A stretch of 64,000 nucleotides of DNA from Clostridiales bacterium (GTDB lineage: Bacteria > Bacillota > Clostridia > Saccharofermentanales > Saccharofermentanaceae), in assembly GCA_017513085.1 (NCBI GenBank), contig JAFWDK010000010.1, forward strand, positions 224,001-288,000, read 5' to 3'. The notes under the pieces were generated by a model. That model was not told where the DNA came from. It saw nothing but the letters and a program-made list of their open reading frames with translations, and made no database searches. The translations under genes were made by a program, and so were the position numbers. Shown here one piece after another: positions 18,664 through 28,412 of the stretch (within the stretch, counting starts at the first letter, position 1; every line of letters starts with the position of its first letter).

Positions 18664-19869
18664 TCATTTTTCATACTCATATATACCCAGCGTGCTGATA
18701 AGCGTCTTGGATATTCCGTTATCCATGCTTTCTATTGATCCGTCATATGTGAATGAAGTAGTGTAGACGAAAGAATAATCAAAATCGGTTTTGAGAAGTT
18801 CGTCCAGAAAACTATCCAGAAATGCCGGTTCAGAAGAGATCTTCCTTGGGTTGCCTTCATATTCGCTCATCATTTTTTGAAGTATAGCCTGAATTGTCGA
18901 GTCAAAGTCTTTTGGTGCGTGAAAGCTTACAGATATGTCGACAGAACTTGTCGATACGGCTTTTTCGTTGACCTGAAATGCGGATTTTTCATAAACTTTG
19001 TCCATGTATGCATATACCTTGTTTAACTGGGAGTCTGTCAGATCTTCCATGTCAAATCCGATGTAATAGATGAAAGATTTTGCAAGCTGTTTACGATAGG
19101 AAAGAATGTAGTTCTGTGCATCTGCCTTTTCGTCGATTTCAAGAATAAGCGACGGGTCATTCTGAGCAACCGCATGGATCGTTATGTTGACATACTCGAT
19201 CGGGTCGAGAGTAAAAAAACAATCCAATGTTATACTTGAGACGACCCGCTCGTTTTCATCGTTTTGCTTCGCTTGAAGCGTGAACGTGCATTTTAGACCA
19301 TCTTTCGATTTGAAACTTTTTGTATAGTTACAATATGCTCCTGCGTCATCGACATTATCAAAGGCAAAACCATCATCTGTGTAGGCATACAGTTCTTTTT
19401 CGGTCGGAATTCGCGTTTCCCAGACAACGATACCTCCGGAAACCATTGAGTTTCCGGAGTATCTGTCCAGTACGATCCGTCCGACCATAGCATCTTCAAG
19501 TTTGACTTGCTCTTTTGAATTATTGAAAATGTCGGCGTAACAGATTTTGGTGATTGTCCCGACAACCTGATGTAGTTCGACTTTGTATTTATACCAAGTA
19601 TGGGGAAGTAGAGTTACTTCTGCGTCTTTCGGGTTGGCATATGACCATCCGTTATTCAAAAAGCTCTTCAGTTGAGTCGGAAACTCATACATTGCTCCTT
19701 GAAGATAAAACTGTCCCATGTTCCCGGCAGAAAGCTTAGAAGGCAACTGCGTACGGATTTCGTTCTGCCAGTCCGTGCTGTCTTTTTTCTTAACCAGACC
19801 ACAGCCTACTGATGAAACGATGATCAGTAGGGATAAAAGGAGAATGGTAATTGACGCTTTATGGCTCAT
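18664..19869 (-). CDS. Hypothetical lipoprotein
   Basis: Signal peptide with SSVG-C lipobox; 401 aa; no family recognised. Confidence 0.7.
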   Translation of the reverse strand: MSHKASITILLLSLLIIVSSVGCGLVKKKDSTDWQNEIRTQLPSKLSAGNMGQFYLQGAMYEFPTQLKSFLNNGWSYANPKDAEVTLLPHTWYKYKVELHQVVGTITKICYADIFNNSKEQVKLEDAMVGRIVLDRYSGNSMVSGGIVVWETRIPTEKELYAYTDDGFAFDNVDDAGAYCNYTKSFKSKDGLKCTFTLQAKQNDENERVVSSITLDCFFTLDPIEYVNITIHAVAQNDPSLILEIDEKADAQNYILSYRKQLAKSFIYYIGFDMEDLTDSQLNKVYAYMDKVYEKSAFQVNEKAVSTSSVDISVSFHAPKDFDSTIQAILQKMMSEYEGNPRKISSEPAFLDSFLDELLKTDFDYSFVYTTSFTYDGSIESMDNGISKTLISTLGIYEYEK

Positions 19870-19905
19870 CCGTTGATTTTCCTTCGTTGAAAGATTTACT
19901 AGGTC

Positions 19906-21030
19906 TTAAATATATACGTTTCCCGACGCACTTTCCGGATTGAAGATAGAAGAGGCCTGCTCGTCAGTAAGTGTAATTCCGAACAGATCTTTGTAATAAT
20001 CTTTAGTTTCTTTGGTGATGTCGATATCAGCAAAAAGATCCGGATATGCGCATTTGGCCAGGAAGAGAAGAGTGATAGGTGTATCTGCACCCGGCGTGTA
20101 GCTTCTGTACATACCTAAAGGCATCTTAAAGACCTGCTTGTCCTTAATTGCTTTCACTTCGCTCCAGTCATAGTTTCCGATCGTATTGTCGTAGAGATCC
20201 TGAGGGTATGCCTGGTTAAAGTTGGTAATAAATATCAGATCCGGGTTCCATGTGTAGATCTGTTCAATGTTTACCGCAACCGAGTTGTCTGTCGTTAATT
20301 CTTCGCCTACGTTTACTGCACCGATTGCTTCCGCCCAGAATTCACCGAAGAAAAGCTTTCCGGATGTAGTAATACTGGTGTCGCTGATCTGGAAAAGGAA
20401 GAAAACGCGTCGTTTGTCTTCCGGTTTTAATGAAGAAACACGTTCTTGTACAAGTTTGTAGATTTCATTGGAACGTTTGGCGACTTTGTCAGCCTTTTCG
20501 TTCTCTGCAAAGATCTCACCTAACAGTGCAAACCAGTTATTCAGTGTTTCAATCGTATTGTACTGCCACTTGTTTACGGAAACTCCGATTGCCGCGAATC
20601 CGCGTGATCTTAAAAGTTCGCCTAATTCCTTGTTGGAGCCGCTGTAGAAGACGACATCCGGTTCGAGTTTGGTAAGTTCTTCGATGTTTACATTAGAACC
20701 GTCCATGAACGATGTGGAGGCTTTCAGGATATCCGGATAAAGCTGGCCGAGAAGACCATTCTTGGCTGCGATCATGCTGGCTTCGTTCATTCCAACTATC
20801 TTTTCTGCGGAATCAAAGAAAACGGTCAGTACAGAAGGAAGAGGGAGAATGTCACACACGACAATGCGGTCGATCTTGTTTTTTACTTCGACCTGTACGC
20901 CGTTGTGATCCGTAACGATATGCGTCCCGTTTTCATCTTTCTTTTCCGTTTTTTTGCAAGCCACGCTACTGAAACATACAAGTGCTGTCAGCAAGGCAAG
21001 GATCAAGGAAATACTGCGTTTGAAATTCAT
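19906..21030 (-). CDS. ABC transporter substrate-binding lipoprotein (helical-backbone, BtuF/FecB-like)
   Basis: SVA-C lipobox, VTDHNG..V.....RIV, NIEEL.KLEPDVV, V.IEQI..WNPD.IF and W..VKA.K..QV. Confidence 0.88.
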   Translation of the reverse strand: MNFKRSISLILALLTALVCFSSVACKKTEKKDENGTHIVTDHNGVQVEVKNKIDRIVVCDILPLPSVLTVFFDSAEKIVGMNEASMIAAKNGLLGQLYPDILKASTSFMDGSNVNIEELTKLEPDVVFYSGSNKELGELLRSRGFAAIGVSVNKWQYNTIETLNNWFALLGEIFAENEKADKVAKRSNEIYKLVQERVSSLKPEDKRRVFFLFQISDTSITTSGKLFFGEFWAEAIGAVNVGEELTTDNSVAVNIEQIYTWNPDLIFITNFNQAYPQDLYDNTIGNYDWSEVKAIKDKQVFKMPLGMYRSYTPGADTPITLLFLAKCAYPDLFADIDITKETKDYYKDLFGITLTDEQASSIFNPESASGNVYI

Positions 21031-21050
21031 GTGTTTTTTACCTTCTTTTC

Positions 21051-22190
21051 TTAAAGTTTTTCGGCAATATATGAAATATCACCGATCAAGTTAGGAATAT
21101 CTTTTCGAAAGATCCTTCCGGAGTAGGCTTCATGCGGAAGAGCGATGAATGCTGCCTTTTCCGTCAGAACATTTCGGTAAATAGGGTCGGAAATGACCGT
21201 TCCGGCGCCGCGAAGAGCATCGTCAATGTCTTCTTCGTAAGGCGTGTAACGATCACAAGAACGTAACTTCGGTCCATCGTTGGTGGGACAAAGCACGGAA
21301 AAATGTCTATTGGTTTCCAGGGCAAGTGCTTTTGCCAAGGAAAGTGAAGAAATCTCTTCTCCGATGATGAAGCAGCCGTCTTCCGTTTCAGGATCATTGA
21401 AATCGATTGCCGCTTCTTTTCCGTCAGCGAGAAGAGATAGAGTTTCCAGTATCTTGCCGGTTAACTGAGAGCCATAAGGAACTGCCTCGAGATACGGGGT
21501 CCCGAAAGTCTCTTTCAGGTACTCCGCCGTGGCGCGGCCTGTCGAAGAAACAACCAGGTTTACACTGGCCGAACCGATATTCTCTATGGATTCCCAGGTC
21601 GTATTCATCGCAAGAGTAGCGTTGACTGTCCAGCCGTTTTTCTCGAAAAGCTCCCGAAGCGACTCGCATTGACCGTTGGTGGAGAAATCAAGCGGAGTAA
21701 GCCCGATTATGTTGAGGACGCGATTCCCGCTTGGGGTTATTTCTTTTATTGAAAAGCGCTCAACGATTGCACGTAGTGCCATGGAAGCTCCGGAAACGTA
21801 GGTTTTCATTCCCGTGGTGGAGAAGCCGAATGCCGGGATCCCGGTTTCGTTTTCAATCTGGAATGCGACACTTTCCGCGTCAAAACCTGTCATGGCCGGA
21901 ATCGGTGTTCCCGCAATCGCTATGAAGCGAGGGTGAAAACGCTTAGCTTCTGTGACGATATCCTCGATCAGTTTGTTATCGTCGCCCATGATGGCTTCGA
22001 GTTCTGAGATAGCCGATACGAAAAGCATGCTGTCCATATCGAACCATCTTGGCTCGTCGTGTGTGGTGTAAGTGGAGTTGCAGCCGGATGCATCATGAAT
22101 GATGACCATTCCGCCGAGTTCAAATAGCATTGATGCGACGCCAAAAGCATCTGCACTATATGTAGATAAAATTCTGCTTGTTTGTTTCAT
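21051..22190 (-). CDS. Nitrogenase component 1-like oxidoreductase subunit
   Basis: IIHDASGCN, SAISELEAIMGDD.KL, IAGTPIPAMTGFD and NIIG pattern of the Oxidored_nitro fold. Confidence 0.85.
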   Translation of the reverse strand: MKQTSRILSTYSADAFGVASMLFELGGMVIIHDASGCNSTYTTHDEPRWFDMDSMLFVSAISELEAIMGDDNKLIEDIVTEAKRFHPRFIAIAGTPIPAMTGFDAESVAFQIENETGIPAFGFSTTGMKTYVSGASMALRAIVERFSIKEITPSGNRVLNIIGLTPLDFSTNGQCESLRELFEKNGWTVNATLAMNTTWESIENIGSASVNLVVSSTGRATAEYLKETFGTPYLEAVPYGSQLTGKILETLSLLADGKEAAIDFNDPETEDGCFIIGEEISSLSLAKALALETNRHFSVLCPTNDGPKLRSCDRYTPYEEDIDDALRGAGTVISDPIYRNVLTEKAAFIALPHEAYSGRIFRKDIPNLIGDISYIAEKL

Positions 22191-23518
22191 ATACAGCTTT
22201 CGCACCCCCATGCTTTTTTCTGGATCAATGTACGGATGTCTTTTTCGTTTTCAACAGCATCCAGCATCAGGCGGCAAAGCTCAGTGATTGCCTGATAACC
22301 GTACAGACCGCCATTTTCGACAATGTTGACAAAGTGCGGGGCGGTATTGAAATGAGCAGCTTTTTGACCGATACAAAGATAATCAGAAGCCTTCCGGTCG
22401 GAGGCGAAGCGCATTTGCGCATCAAGAGTCGGCCAGATCTCCAGATCCGGTTCTTGCTGACAGAGGTAATCGAAATCGCTTTTTTCTTCGCCGGTAAAAG
22501 AATCCGCATAGACTCTTTTTACATTGAATCCATGAGAAAGAAGGAGACGAGCCAATCCGAGCGGGCGGCTGAAAGCGGCAAAATCAATAGCTATCGGTGT
22601 CTGACCGATCGTTTCTTTCACTTTGGATAATGACTCTTCGCAAAGGGACTCTTCCTTATCAAAGTCGGGAAGCCGGATCGGAACATGAAAGGCCAGTTCC
22701 CGGACATTCTTTCTGATTTCCTCATAACTGAATGTGAAGGGGAGATACAGGAGCTTTCCGCCGAGACGGGCCTGCAGATCTTCTCCGCCGGCCTTGGCAG
22801 ACGGATAATCGGCGATATAGTATTCCGCCGCCGCCATTTCCTGGTACTCCTCATAGGTTTTGCATTCGGTAAGCTCATATATCCGGATTCCTGCTTCGGA
22901 AAGAGCTTTATAGAGGGTACTGTCTTTGGCTGTTGAGAAATCGTTCCCTATAAAAGCAACTGTACCTTTCTGAATCGGCCTTGGTTTGAGAAGACTGTAA
23001 AAACGGCTTCTCATGATCTGGTCCGGTGTCCGTCCACTCTTTCTCATGATCGGATTCATGTAACAGTCGGTGAAATCGATATCCGGATGTTTTTTCCTCA
23101 GCTCACGGTACACAAGCTCCAGATCACAGCCGCAAAAATGATGTACGCAACTTGTATACACCAGAACACACGGCGGTTTTTGCGGGAGTTGATCGATAAT
23201 ATGTGATACGCCATCGACGATCAATTCCTCCATGTTCCCGTCGACAAGGTTTTGTTCCTCGACGGCAACCGTGGAAAAGCGTTTCTCTGCCCGCATTTCA
23301 TAAGCAGTTAGGACAACTCCTCGAAGGCAGCTTGCGGCACATACGAAGATTTCATGCGCTTCCGGAATCAGCATCCCTTGGTGCGCTATGTTCCATGTAC
23401 CACGGGCAGGGGAGGAGAATTCCAGTCCTGCGTGAAAAGGACTCGGGAAATTACAATCCCTGATCTTGATCGGTTCTATATCTACCTCATGTCCATTTAC
23501 TTTTCTTAACATGATCAT
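22187..23518 (-). CDS. Nitrogenase component 1-like oxidoreductase subunit
   Basis: [21 protein letters not shown]...E.NLVDG..E and VYTSC.HHF.GCD; lies next to the nifH-like gene. Confidence 0.85.
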   Translation of the reverse strand: MIMLRKVNGHEVDIEPIKIRDCNFPSPFHAGLEFSSPARGTWNIAHQGMLIPEAHEIFVCAASCLRGVVLTAYEMRAEKRFSTVAVEEQNLVDGNMEELIVDGVSHIIDQLPQKPPCVLVYTSCVHHFCGCDLELVYRELRKKHPDIDFTDCYMNPIMRKSGRTPDQIMRSRFYSLLKPRPIQKGTVAFIGNDFSTAKDSTLYKALSEAGIRIYELTECKTYEEYQEMAAAEYYIADYPSAKAGGEDLQARLGGKLLYLPFTFSYEEIRKNVRELAFHVPIRLPDFDKEESLCEESLSKVKETIGQTPIAIDFAAFSRPLGLARLLLSHGFNVKRVYADSFTGEEKSDFDYLCQQEPDLEIWPTLDAQMRFASDRKASDYLCIGQKAAHFNTAPHFVNIVENGGLYGYQAITELCRLMLDAVENEKDIRTLIQKKAWGCESCI

Positions 23519-24270
23519 TCCTCACAGCACTGTAATAAATCCGACGCCAGTTTTCTGTATTCCGAAGCCATATCGCTATCCGGAAATGCTTCGATCACAG
23601 TCTTTCCAAGGTCTTCTGCTTCGGTTACAAGATTGGAACGGGAAAGAGTACCTACGATCTTAGAATGAATATCGTCACAAAGTTCCTGAACCTTAGCTTC
23701 TTCGTCTTTGACGTTTCTTCTGTTCAAGATCACTCCACCGAGAGAGGCATAGCCGCGTCCCTGAAAATTATCCAGTGCCATAGCGATATTGGCAGCGGCA
23801 TGAATCGCCATGTTTTCTCCGGAAGTGATGACAAAGACTTTGTCCGCATAGCCGCCTCGCATCGGCATGGAGAAACCACCGCAGACTACGTCTCCAAGAA
23901 CGTCATAAAGGACAACATCGGGTTTAAATACCTCGTATGCCCCCTTTTCTTTTAACTTGTCCAGTGCGGCGATGATTCCTCGGCCGGCACAGCCAAGCCC
24001 CGGAGTCGGACCACCTGCTTCGACGCAGATCACGCCCTTATAGCCGGTTTTGACCATTTCCTCCAACGTAAGTTCTTTACCACGCTCACGAACAAGTTCC
24101 AGAACCGTTTTCACTTTCTTTTCGCCATGAAGCGAAAGTGTGGAATCTGCTTTTGGATCACAGCCGATCTGCATGACGCGCAAGCCGCGGTCAGCCAATG
24201 CTGCGGAGATATTTGAAACGGTCGTGGATTTTCCGATTCCGCCTTTGCCGTAAATCGCGATTTTGATCAT
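23515..24270 (-). CDS. NifH/BchL-family Fe protein (nitrogenase-like reductase)
   Basis: [31 protein letters not shown] and [11 protein letters not shown]. Confidence 0.95.
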   Translation of the reverse strand: MIKIAIYGKGGIGKSTTVSNISAALADRGLRVMQIGCDPKADSTLSLHGEKKVKTVLELVRERGKELTLEEMVKTGYKGVICVEAGGPTPGLGCAGRGIIAALDKLKEKGAYEVFKPDVVLYDVLGDVVCGGFSMPMRGGYADKVFVITSGENMAIHAAANIAMALDNFQGRGYASLGGVILNRRNVKDEEAKVQELCDDIHSKIVGTLSRSNLVTEAEDLGKTVIEAFPDSDMASEYRKLASDLLQCCEE

Positions 24271-25334
24271 TATAATTCCTCCTTTGCGTAGGTAACTTTA
24301 CAACTAACGTTCGGTATCAGTGAAAGCTGGTGCGCAAGCATACGGATCCTCTCGGCACTGCCGTCCAGATTGACACTGATGAGATACAGATCTCTCTTTC
24401 TATGGGGCATCCCCATACGACCGAATAAAATATCATTGAAATCGTGAAGAATAGAATTGATCCGTTCTGATTCCTCATATTTACTGCAAATGATAGACAG
24501 TGTCGCCAGGACGTCACAATCTTCTTTGCCGGTATTTTTCTGATCTTCGTGATCGGTCAGAGCAACAGGAATGACATTGGCGATCATATTGTTATCTGTC
24601 TCAAACTGGCCGATATAAGCTTTTACGCCAAAAGCACTCTCAATATTCTCTTCCGTGATGATCTTCGGGGTCGGTCCGAAGAGTACTTTTCCGTGATCGA
24701 TCAGGATCGATTTGGCGGAGCGTCGCAGAGCGTGTTCCGGATAATGCGTGTTGAACAAGATGCCGATACCTTCTGAACTGAGTTTCGTGAGAGTATCCAG
24801 TACGATCATCTGGTTCTTAAAATCCAGATTGGATTCCGGTTCGTCAAGTACGATGATCCCTGCGTGCGAAACAAGTGAACGCGCGATCCTTGTCATCTGG
24901 AGCTCACCACCACTGATCTCGTTGCATTTTCTGTCTCGAAGATGAAGAATATGAAGCCGGTCCAGAGTCTGTTCGGCAAGCTCGATGTCTTTTGCTTTCG
25001 GCGTAGAGAACATGCCGATCTGGTTAGTCATGCCCAGCAAAACAGATTGCAGGACTGTATAACTGCCACCTCGATGGTTATTCTGCGGGACATAGGCAAG
25101 CTTGGACCAAAGCCTGGATGGTTCAAAATCAGAAATGTTTTCGCCGTCCAGAGTACTCATGCCATGCGTCCACTTTAAAAGTCCCATGGAGGCGCGAAGC
25201 AACGTGGTTTTTCCGGCACCGTTCGGCCCGAGGATGCTGACCATCTCGCCACTTTCGACAGAGAAATTCACGTTCTCATATAAACTTTTTCCTTTCTTAT
25301 AGCCGAAAGACGCGTCCTTTATTTCAAATTTCAT
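24270..25334 (-). CDS. ABC transporter ATPase (FepC-like) with C-terminal TM1266-like regulatory domain
   Basis: [22 protein letters not shown] and NTH; the last ~85 aa (INSILH...GRMGMP.....LIS) match the standalone regulator at 26337-26603. Confidence 0.9.
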   Translation of the reverse strand: MKFEIKDASFGYKKGKSLYENVNFSVESGEMVSILGPNGAGKTTLLRASMGLLKWTHGMSTLDGENISDFEPSRLWSKLAYVPQNNHRGGSYTVLQSVLLGMTNQIGMFSTPKAKDIELAEQTLDRLHILHLRDRKCNEISGGELQMTRIARSLVSHAGIIVLDEPESNLDFKNQMIVLDTLTKLSSEGIGILFNTHYPEHALRRSAKSILIDHGKVLFGPTPKIITEENIESAFGVKAYIGQFETDNNMIANVIPVALTDHEDQKNTGKEDCDVLATLSIICSKYEESERINSILHDFNDILFGRMGMPHRKRDLYLISVNLDGSAERIRMLAHQLSLIPNVSCKVTYAKEEL

Positions 25335-26350
25335 AAAGACCAGCCTCCTTTCTTTCTCATCAGGAAAATAAAGAAGGGAGCGCCGATGATGGCGGTCAGT
25401 ATTGAGATCGGAAGTTCAGCAGCGGTCATGGAACGTGCAAGGGTATCTACAATGATCAGAAAAGTACCACCGAATGAAATGCATGCAGGTATCAGATGCC
25501 GGTGGTCATTGCCGAATACCATGCGGCACATATGCGGAACGATCAGTCCGACCCAGCCGACCTGGCCACACATGGAGATTGACGAAGCCGTAGCAATGGT
25601 CGCGCATAAAATAGCAATCATGCGGAGCCGTGGCATATTCACACCGGAAGAACAAGACTCCTCTTCGGACAACAAAAGAAGATTCAATCTCCATCTCAAA
25701 AGAAAAAGCACTGTCAGGCTTAGTGCAATCGGAATCACACCGATCAGCAGGGACGAATAGGTGGCGCTCTGAAGACTGCCCATAAGCCAGTACGTGATAG
25801 AAGGAAGCTGCTGTTCCTGATCCGCTGTGAATTTTACAAGAGAGACTAAAGCGGAGAACAAAGATCCCATGATAATACCGGAAAGAACGATCGTATTCAT
25901 GGCTTGATCTTTTCCTTTGGCGGCAAGGATCGTCAAAAATACGGCAAGACAACCGAATCCAAAAGATACCAGTTGCATCGGGATAAGGGAGAAGCCAAGA
26001 AGAATCGACAACACGGCACCGAAACTGCTTCCGCCTGCAACACCGAGCGTATCAGGTGTTGCCAAAGGATTCTGAAACAGGCTCTGAAAAAGCAGCCCGG
26101 CGCAGGAAAGCGCGCTTCCGACAACGAAAGCTAATAAAATGCGAGGAAGGCGAACGTTCCAGATCGTGATGTATGAAAGTTTGCTGACCTCAAATCCGTC
26201 GCTGAAACGTGACAGGACAGCACGAAAAACATCCGGGACAGAAACTATATACCGTCCTACGCAAAGCGAGAAAAGCAGAGCAAGTACCGGAAGTGCGATG
26301 AGAAGAAGAATATATCCGATTTTCCAGGAATCGTTTTTAGTTGCCATCAT
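25331..26350 (-). CDS. FecCD/BtuC-family ABC permease
   Basis: IWNVRLPRI, FQNPLATPD.LGV..G, GWVGLIVPH and ELPISILTAIIGAPFF. Confidence 0.92.
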   Translation of the reverse strand: MMATKNDSWKIGYILLLIALPVLALLFSLCVGRYIVSVPDVFRAVLSRFSDGFEVSKLSYITIWNVRLPRILLAFVVGSALSCAGLLFQSLFQNPLATPDTLGVAGGSSFGAVLSILLGFSLIPMQLVSFGFGCLAVFLTILAAKGKDQAMNTIVLSGIIMGSLFSALVSLVKFTADQEQQLPSITYWLMGSLQSATYSSLLIGVIPIALSLTVLFLLRWRLNLLLLSEEESCSSGVNMPRLRMIAILCATIATASSISMCGQVGWVGLIVPHMCRMVFGNDHRHLIPACISFGGTFLIIVDTLARSMTAAELPISILTAIIGAPFFIFLMRKKGGWSL

Positions 26351-26603
26351 GGTTGGTTACCACGTTAGAATAAGCTGTTTTGCTGGCGATGCCATCTAAA
26401 CGGCCGATCCGTCCGGACAGTGTATTGATATCGTCCTGCGGAGCGTCGATAGCGATGCTTATGATGCTGATCCCTTTTTCACGATAAGGAATGCCCATTC
26501 TGCCGATGATGTATTTTCCGTATTCGTGCAGGAGAGAATTCAGTTTCTCTACCGATTCGTTTTTTTCAACGATGATGCTGATCACAGCGACTCTGGTTTC
26601 CAT
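26337..26603 (-). CDS. TM1266-family 'iron-only hydrogenase system regulator'-like protein
   Basis: METRVAVISIIVE...SVEKLN.LLHEY...IIGRMGIPY...ISIISIA.DA...IN.LSG.IG.L.G...K. Confidence 0.88.
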   Translation of the reverse strand: METRVAVISIIVEKNESVEKLNSLLHEYGKYIIGRMGIPYREKGISIISIAIDAPQDDINTLSGRIGRLDGIASKTAYSNVVTNHDGN

Positions 26604-26620
26604 AAAAGCCTTTCCGGACG

Positions 26621-26727
26621 AAAAAAAACATGTCCTTAAAAGACATGGCAACACAAAAATAGCTTAAGCAAGCATATGGTTGTCAGATCTTTCACTCAGT
26701 AATACTTCATGTCAGGCGACATATCTC
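26621..26727 (-). promoter_or_regulatory. Attenuator-like 5' leader with intrinsic terminator
   Basis: On the minus strand, catgtc-ttttaag-gacatg plus T8 ends 17 nt before the first ATG; a short ORF ending Cys-Cys-His-Val-Phe overlaps the hairpin. Confidence 0.6.
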
Positions 26728-26732
26728 TAGAT

Positions 26733-26761
26733 AAAGTATCACGGAAACATCAATCAGTCAA
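26733..26761 (-). promoter_or_regulatory. Sigma-A-like promoter of the nitrogenase-like operon
   Basis: TTGACT-17 bp-TACTTT with an extended -10 TG. Confidence 0.5.
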
Positions 26762-26771
26762 TGAAATCTGC

Positions 26772-26800
26772 TTGACATATTTACAATAAATCGGTATATT
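26772..26800 (+). promoter_or_regulatory. Sigma-A promoter of tRNA-Thr
   Basis: TTGACA-17 bp-TATATT. Confidence 0.75.
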
Positions 26801-26820
26801 TGTTGTGCTTCATTGTTGAT

Positions 26821-26895
26821 GCCAATGTGGCTCAGGGGTAGAGCAATTCACTCGTAATGAATAGGCCGTGGGTTCGATTCCCACCATTGGCTCCA
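26821..26895 (+). tRNA. tRNA-Thr(CGT)
   Basis: Acceptor GCCAATG/CATTGGC, anticodon arm ATTCA-CTCGTAA-TGAAT, GGTTCGATTCC, encoded CCA. Confidence 0.96.
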
Positions 26896-26896
26896 G

Positions 26897-26933
26897 GACA
26901 CGCGACGATATATATCGATGCGTGTCTTTTTTT
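26897..26933 (+). terminator. Terminator after tRNA-Thr
   Basis: gacacgc...gcgtgtc followed by T7. Confidence 0.8.
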
Positions 26934-26984
26934 GTTTGATTTAATGTATAATAATCTTAGTTCGTTAACAGGAGCAGAAAGTAC

Positions 26985-28397
26985 ATGTTTTCAAAGAGTC
27001 AGGATAATGTATTTACTATGAAGGCACAAAAACTCATGGCGATCTTATTGACTCTGTCTTTTTCTTTAGCTTTATTCGGATGCCGGAAGGTGAACAGTTC
27101 TTTTCCATCTGTAGAAGTAACCAGTACAGAAACTACGGAAACCACGACTGTAACGACAGAAACCAAGCATTTCACACACACGATCTCAATTGCTTCTCCA
27201 TTGTCATATGAGACTTGCGTATACATTGCCAAACTATATGCATTGAAGAACAGCGGTCAGCTGGCTGAGGGAGTCAGTGGTGAGAATATCACATTGGATT
27301 ATTTGGACAGCATCGATCTGCCGTTTGCTTTAAATGTCTATAGTACCGCGGAGACGGGATGTAATGCGGATACTTTACGGCAGTGGCAGGAAAGCGGAAG
27401 TTTGCCGGATATCTTTCTGACTGACAGCTTTGACGAGGTGGTACAGGCAGGTTACGCGATCCCTGTTACGCGTTATCTGTCCGATGAGACGCTTCTGACA
27501 CCAGGAAATATTTATCCTAAGATGCTTGAACAGCTTTATTTGAATAATGAGTATTATGGGATCCCGTATCAGGCTTCGGCTTATCTTATGTATGCCGATA
27601 TGGAAGTCCTGAACCGTGCTGGGATCCAGGAAATCTCCTTTAAGCAGGATCTTAATTCTTTTGGCGCAATCCTCGATACTCTTTCCGGTCTGAATGCGGA
27701 AGCTATGGAGATACTTCCGTTTTATCTTGCACAAGGTTTGATCCCTTATCTTCCGATCTCACTTTATGGTGATACGTATCGCTCTGTCCGTGATGGAAAA
27801 ACGCTGAGCAGCAAGAGCTGGAAAGACAGTTTGGAATACTTGAAGACGGTGGTGGCCTCCGGGAAAGCTTATGAGAGTCTTGACACGGAAACTGTTTCCA
27901 CGTTTTTTCAAGGAATGTCCCCCTTGCTGTCTCGCAAAGTCGGGATCTGGGCAGGTTCTTCCGATGAAGTGTCCCGTTACGACAATTATATGCCCAATAC
28001 GCTTGTGATGATGCAGATTCCTTCAACTGACAAGGAAAACTATTCTCCGGCAATGCTTTCCGTGTATCCTCTGTGCATTTCTTCAAGTTGCGATCAGCCG
28101 GCTGAAACTGTGAAGTTCGCATCCTTTATGGCATTGGATGAGGATGCTCTTTTGCTGGCTTCCAGACTTGACCTGAAGGAAGGATTCCTTCCTGTCGTAT
28201 CTTCTTCGACGGTATGGAAGAATATGGTTTCCACGCAGAAATACGGATCTTTTCTTTCGCCGTTTCAATCTCTTATGCAGGATGCGGTCTATATCCCGGC
28301 TGTGACGGAAAAACAAGAATATGAGGCTGATCTTCAGTATATTGCCACGCATTTGGATTCGCTGATCGTAGAGAAGATCACGGAAGAAACGGAGTAG
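26985..28397 (+). CDS. Extracellular solute-binding lipoprotein (SBP_bac_1-like), orphan
   Basis: LFG-C lipobox, Thr-rich linker, LPDIF and YYGIPY; the start may be at 27018. Confidence 0.75.
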   Translation: MFSKSQDNVFTMKAQKLMAILLTLSFSLALFGCRKVNSSFPSVEVTSTETTETTTVTTETKHFTHTISIASPLSYETCVYIAKLYALKNSGQLAEGVSGENITLDYLDSIDLPFALNVYSTAETGCNADTLRQWQESGSLPDIFLTDSFDEVVQAGYAIPVTRYLSDETLLTPGNIYPKMLEQLYLNNEYYGIPYQASAYLMYADMEVLNRAGIQEISFKQDLNSFGAILDTLSGLNAEAMEILPFYLAQGLIPYLPISLYGDTYRSVRDGKTLSSKSWKDSLEYLKTVVASGKAYESLDTETVSTFFQGMSPLLSRKVGIWAGSSDEVSRYDNYMPNTLVMMQIPSTDKENYSPAMLSVYPLCISSSCDQPAETVKFASFMALDEDALLLASRLDLKEGFLPVVSSSTVWKNMVSTQKYGSFLSPFQSLMQDAVYIPAVTEKQEYEADLQYIATHLDSLIVEKITEETE

Positions 28398-28412
28398 AAG
28401 GGAGGCGCGAAG

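Noticed and set aside
21051-24270. Nitrogen fixation (nifHDK)
   Set aside because: The subunits are short, P-cluster cysteines are incomplete, no FeMo-cofactor ligands are evident and there is no nifB/E/N in the window.
26636-26722. Selenocysteine read-through of the in-frame TGA in the leader, or a SAM-I/T-box element
   Set aside because: No convincing SECIS hairpin follows the TGA; the SAM-I core (GAGGGA...GGCCC, GGTGC) and the T-box UGGnACC sequence are absent.
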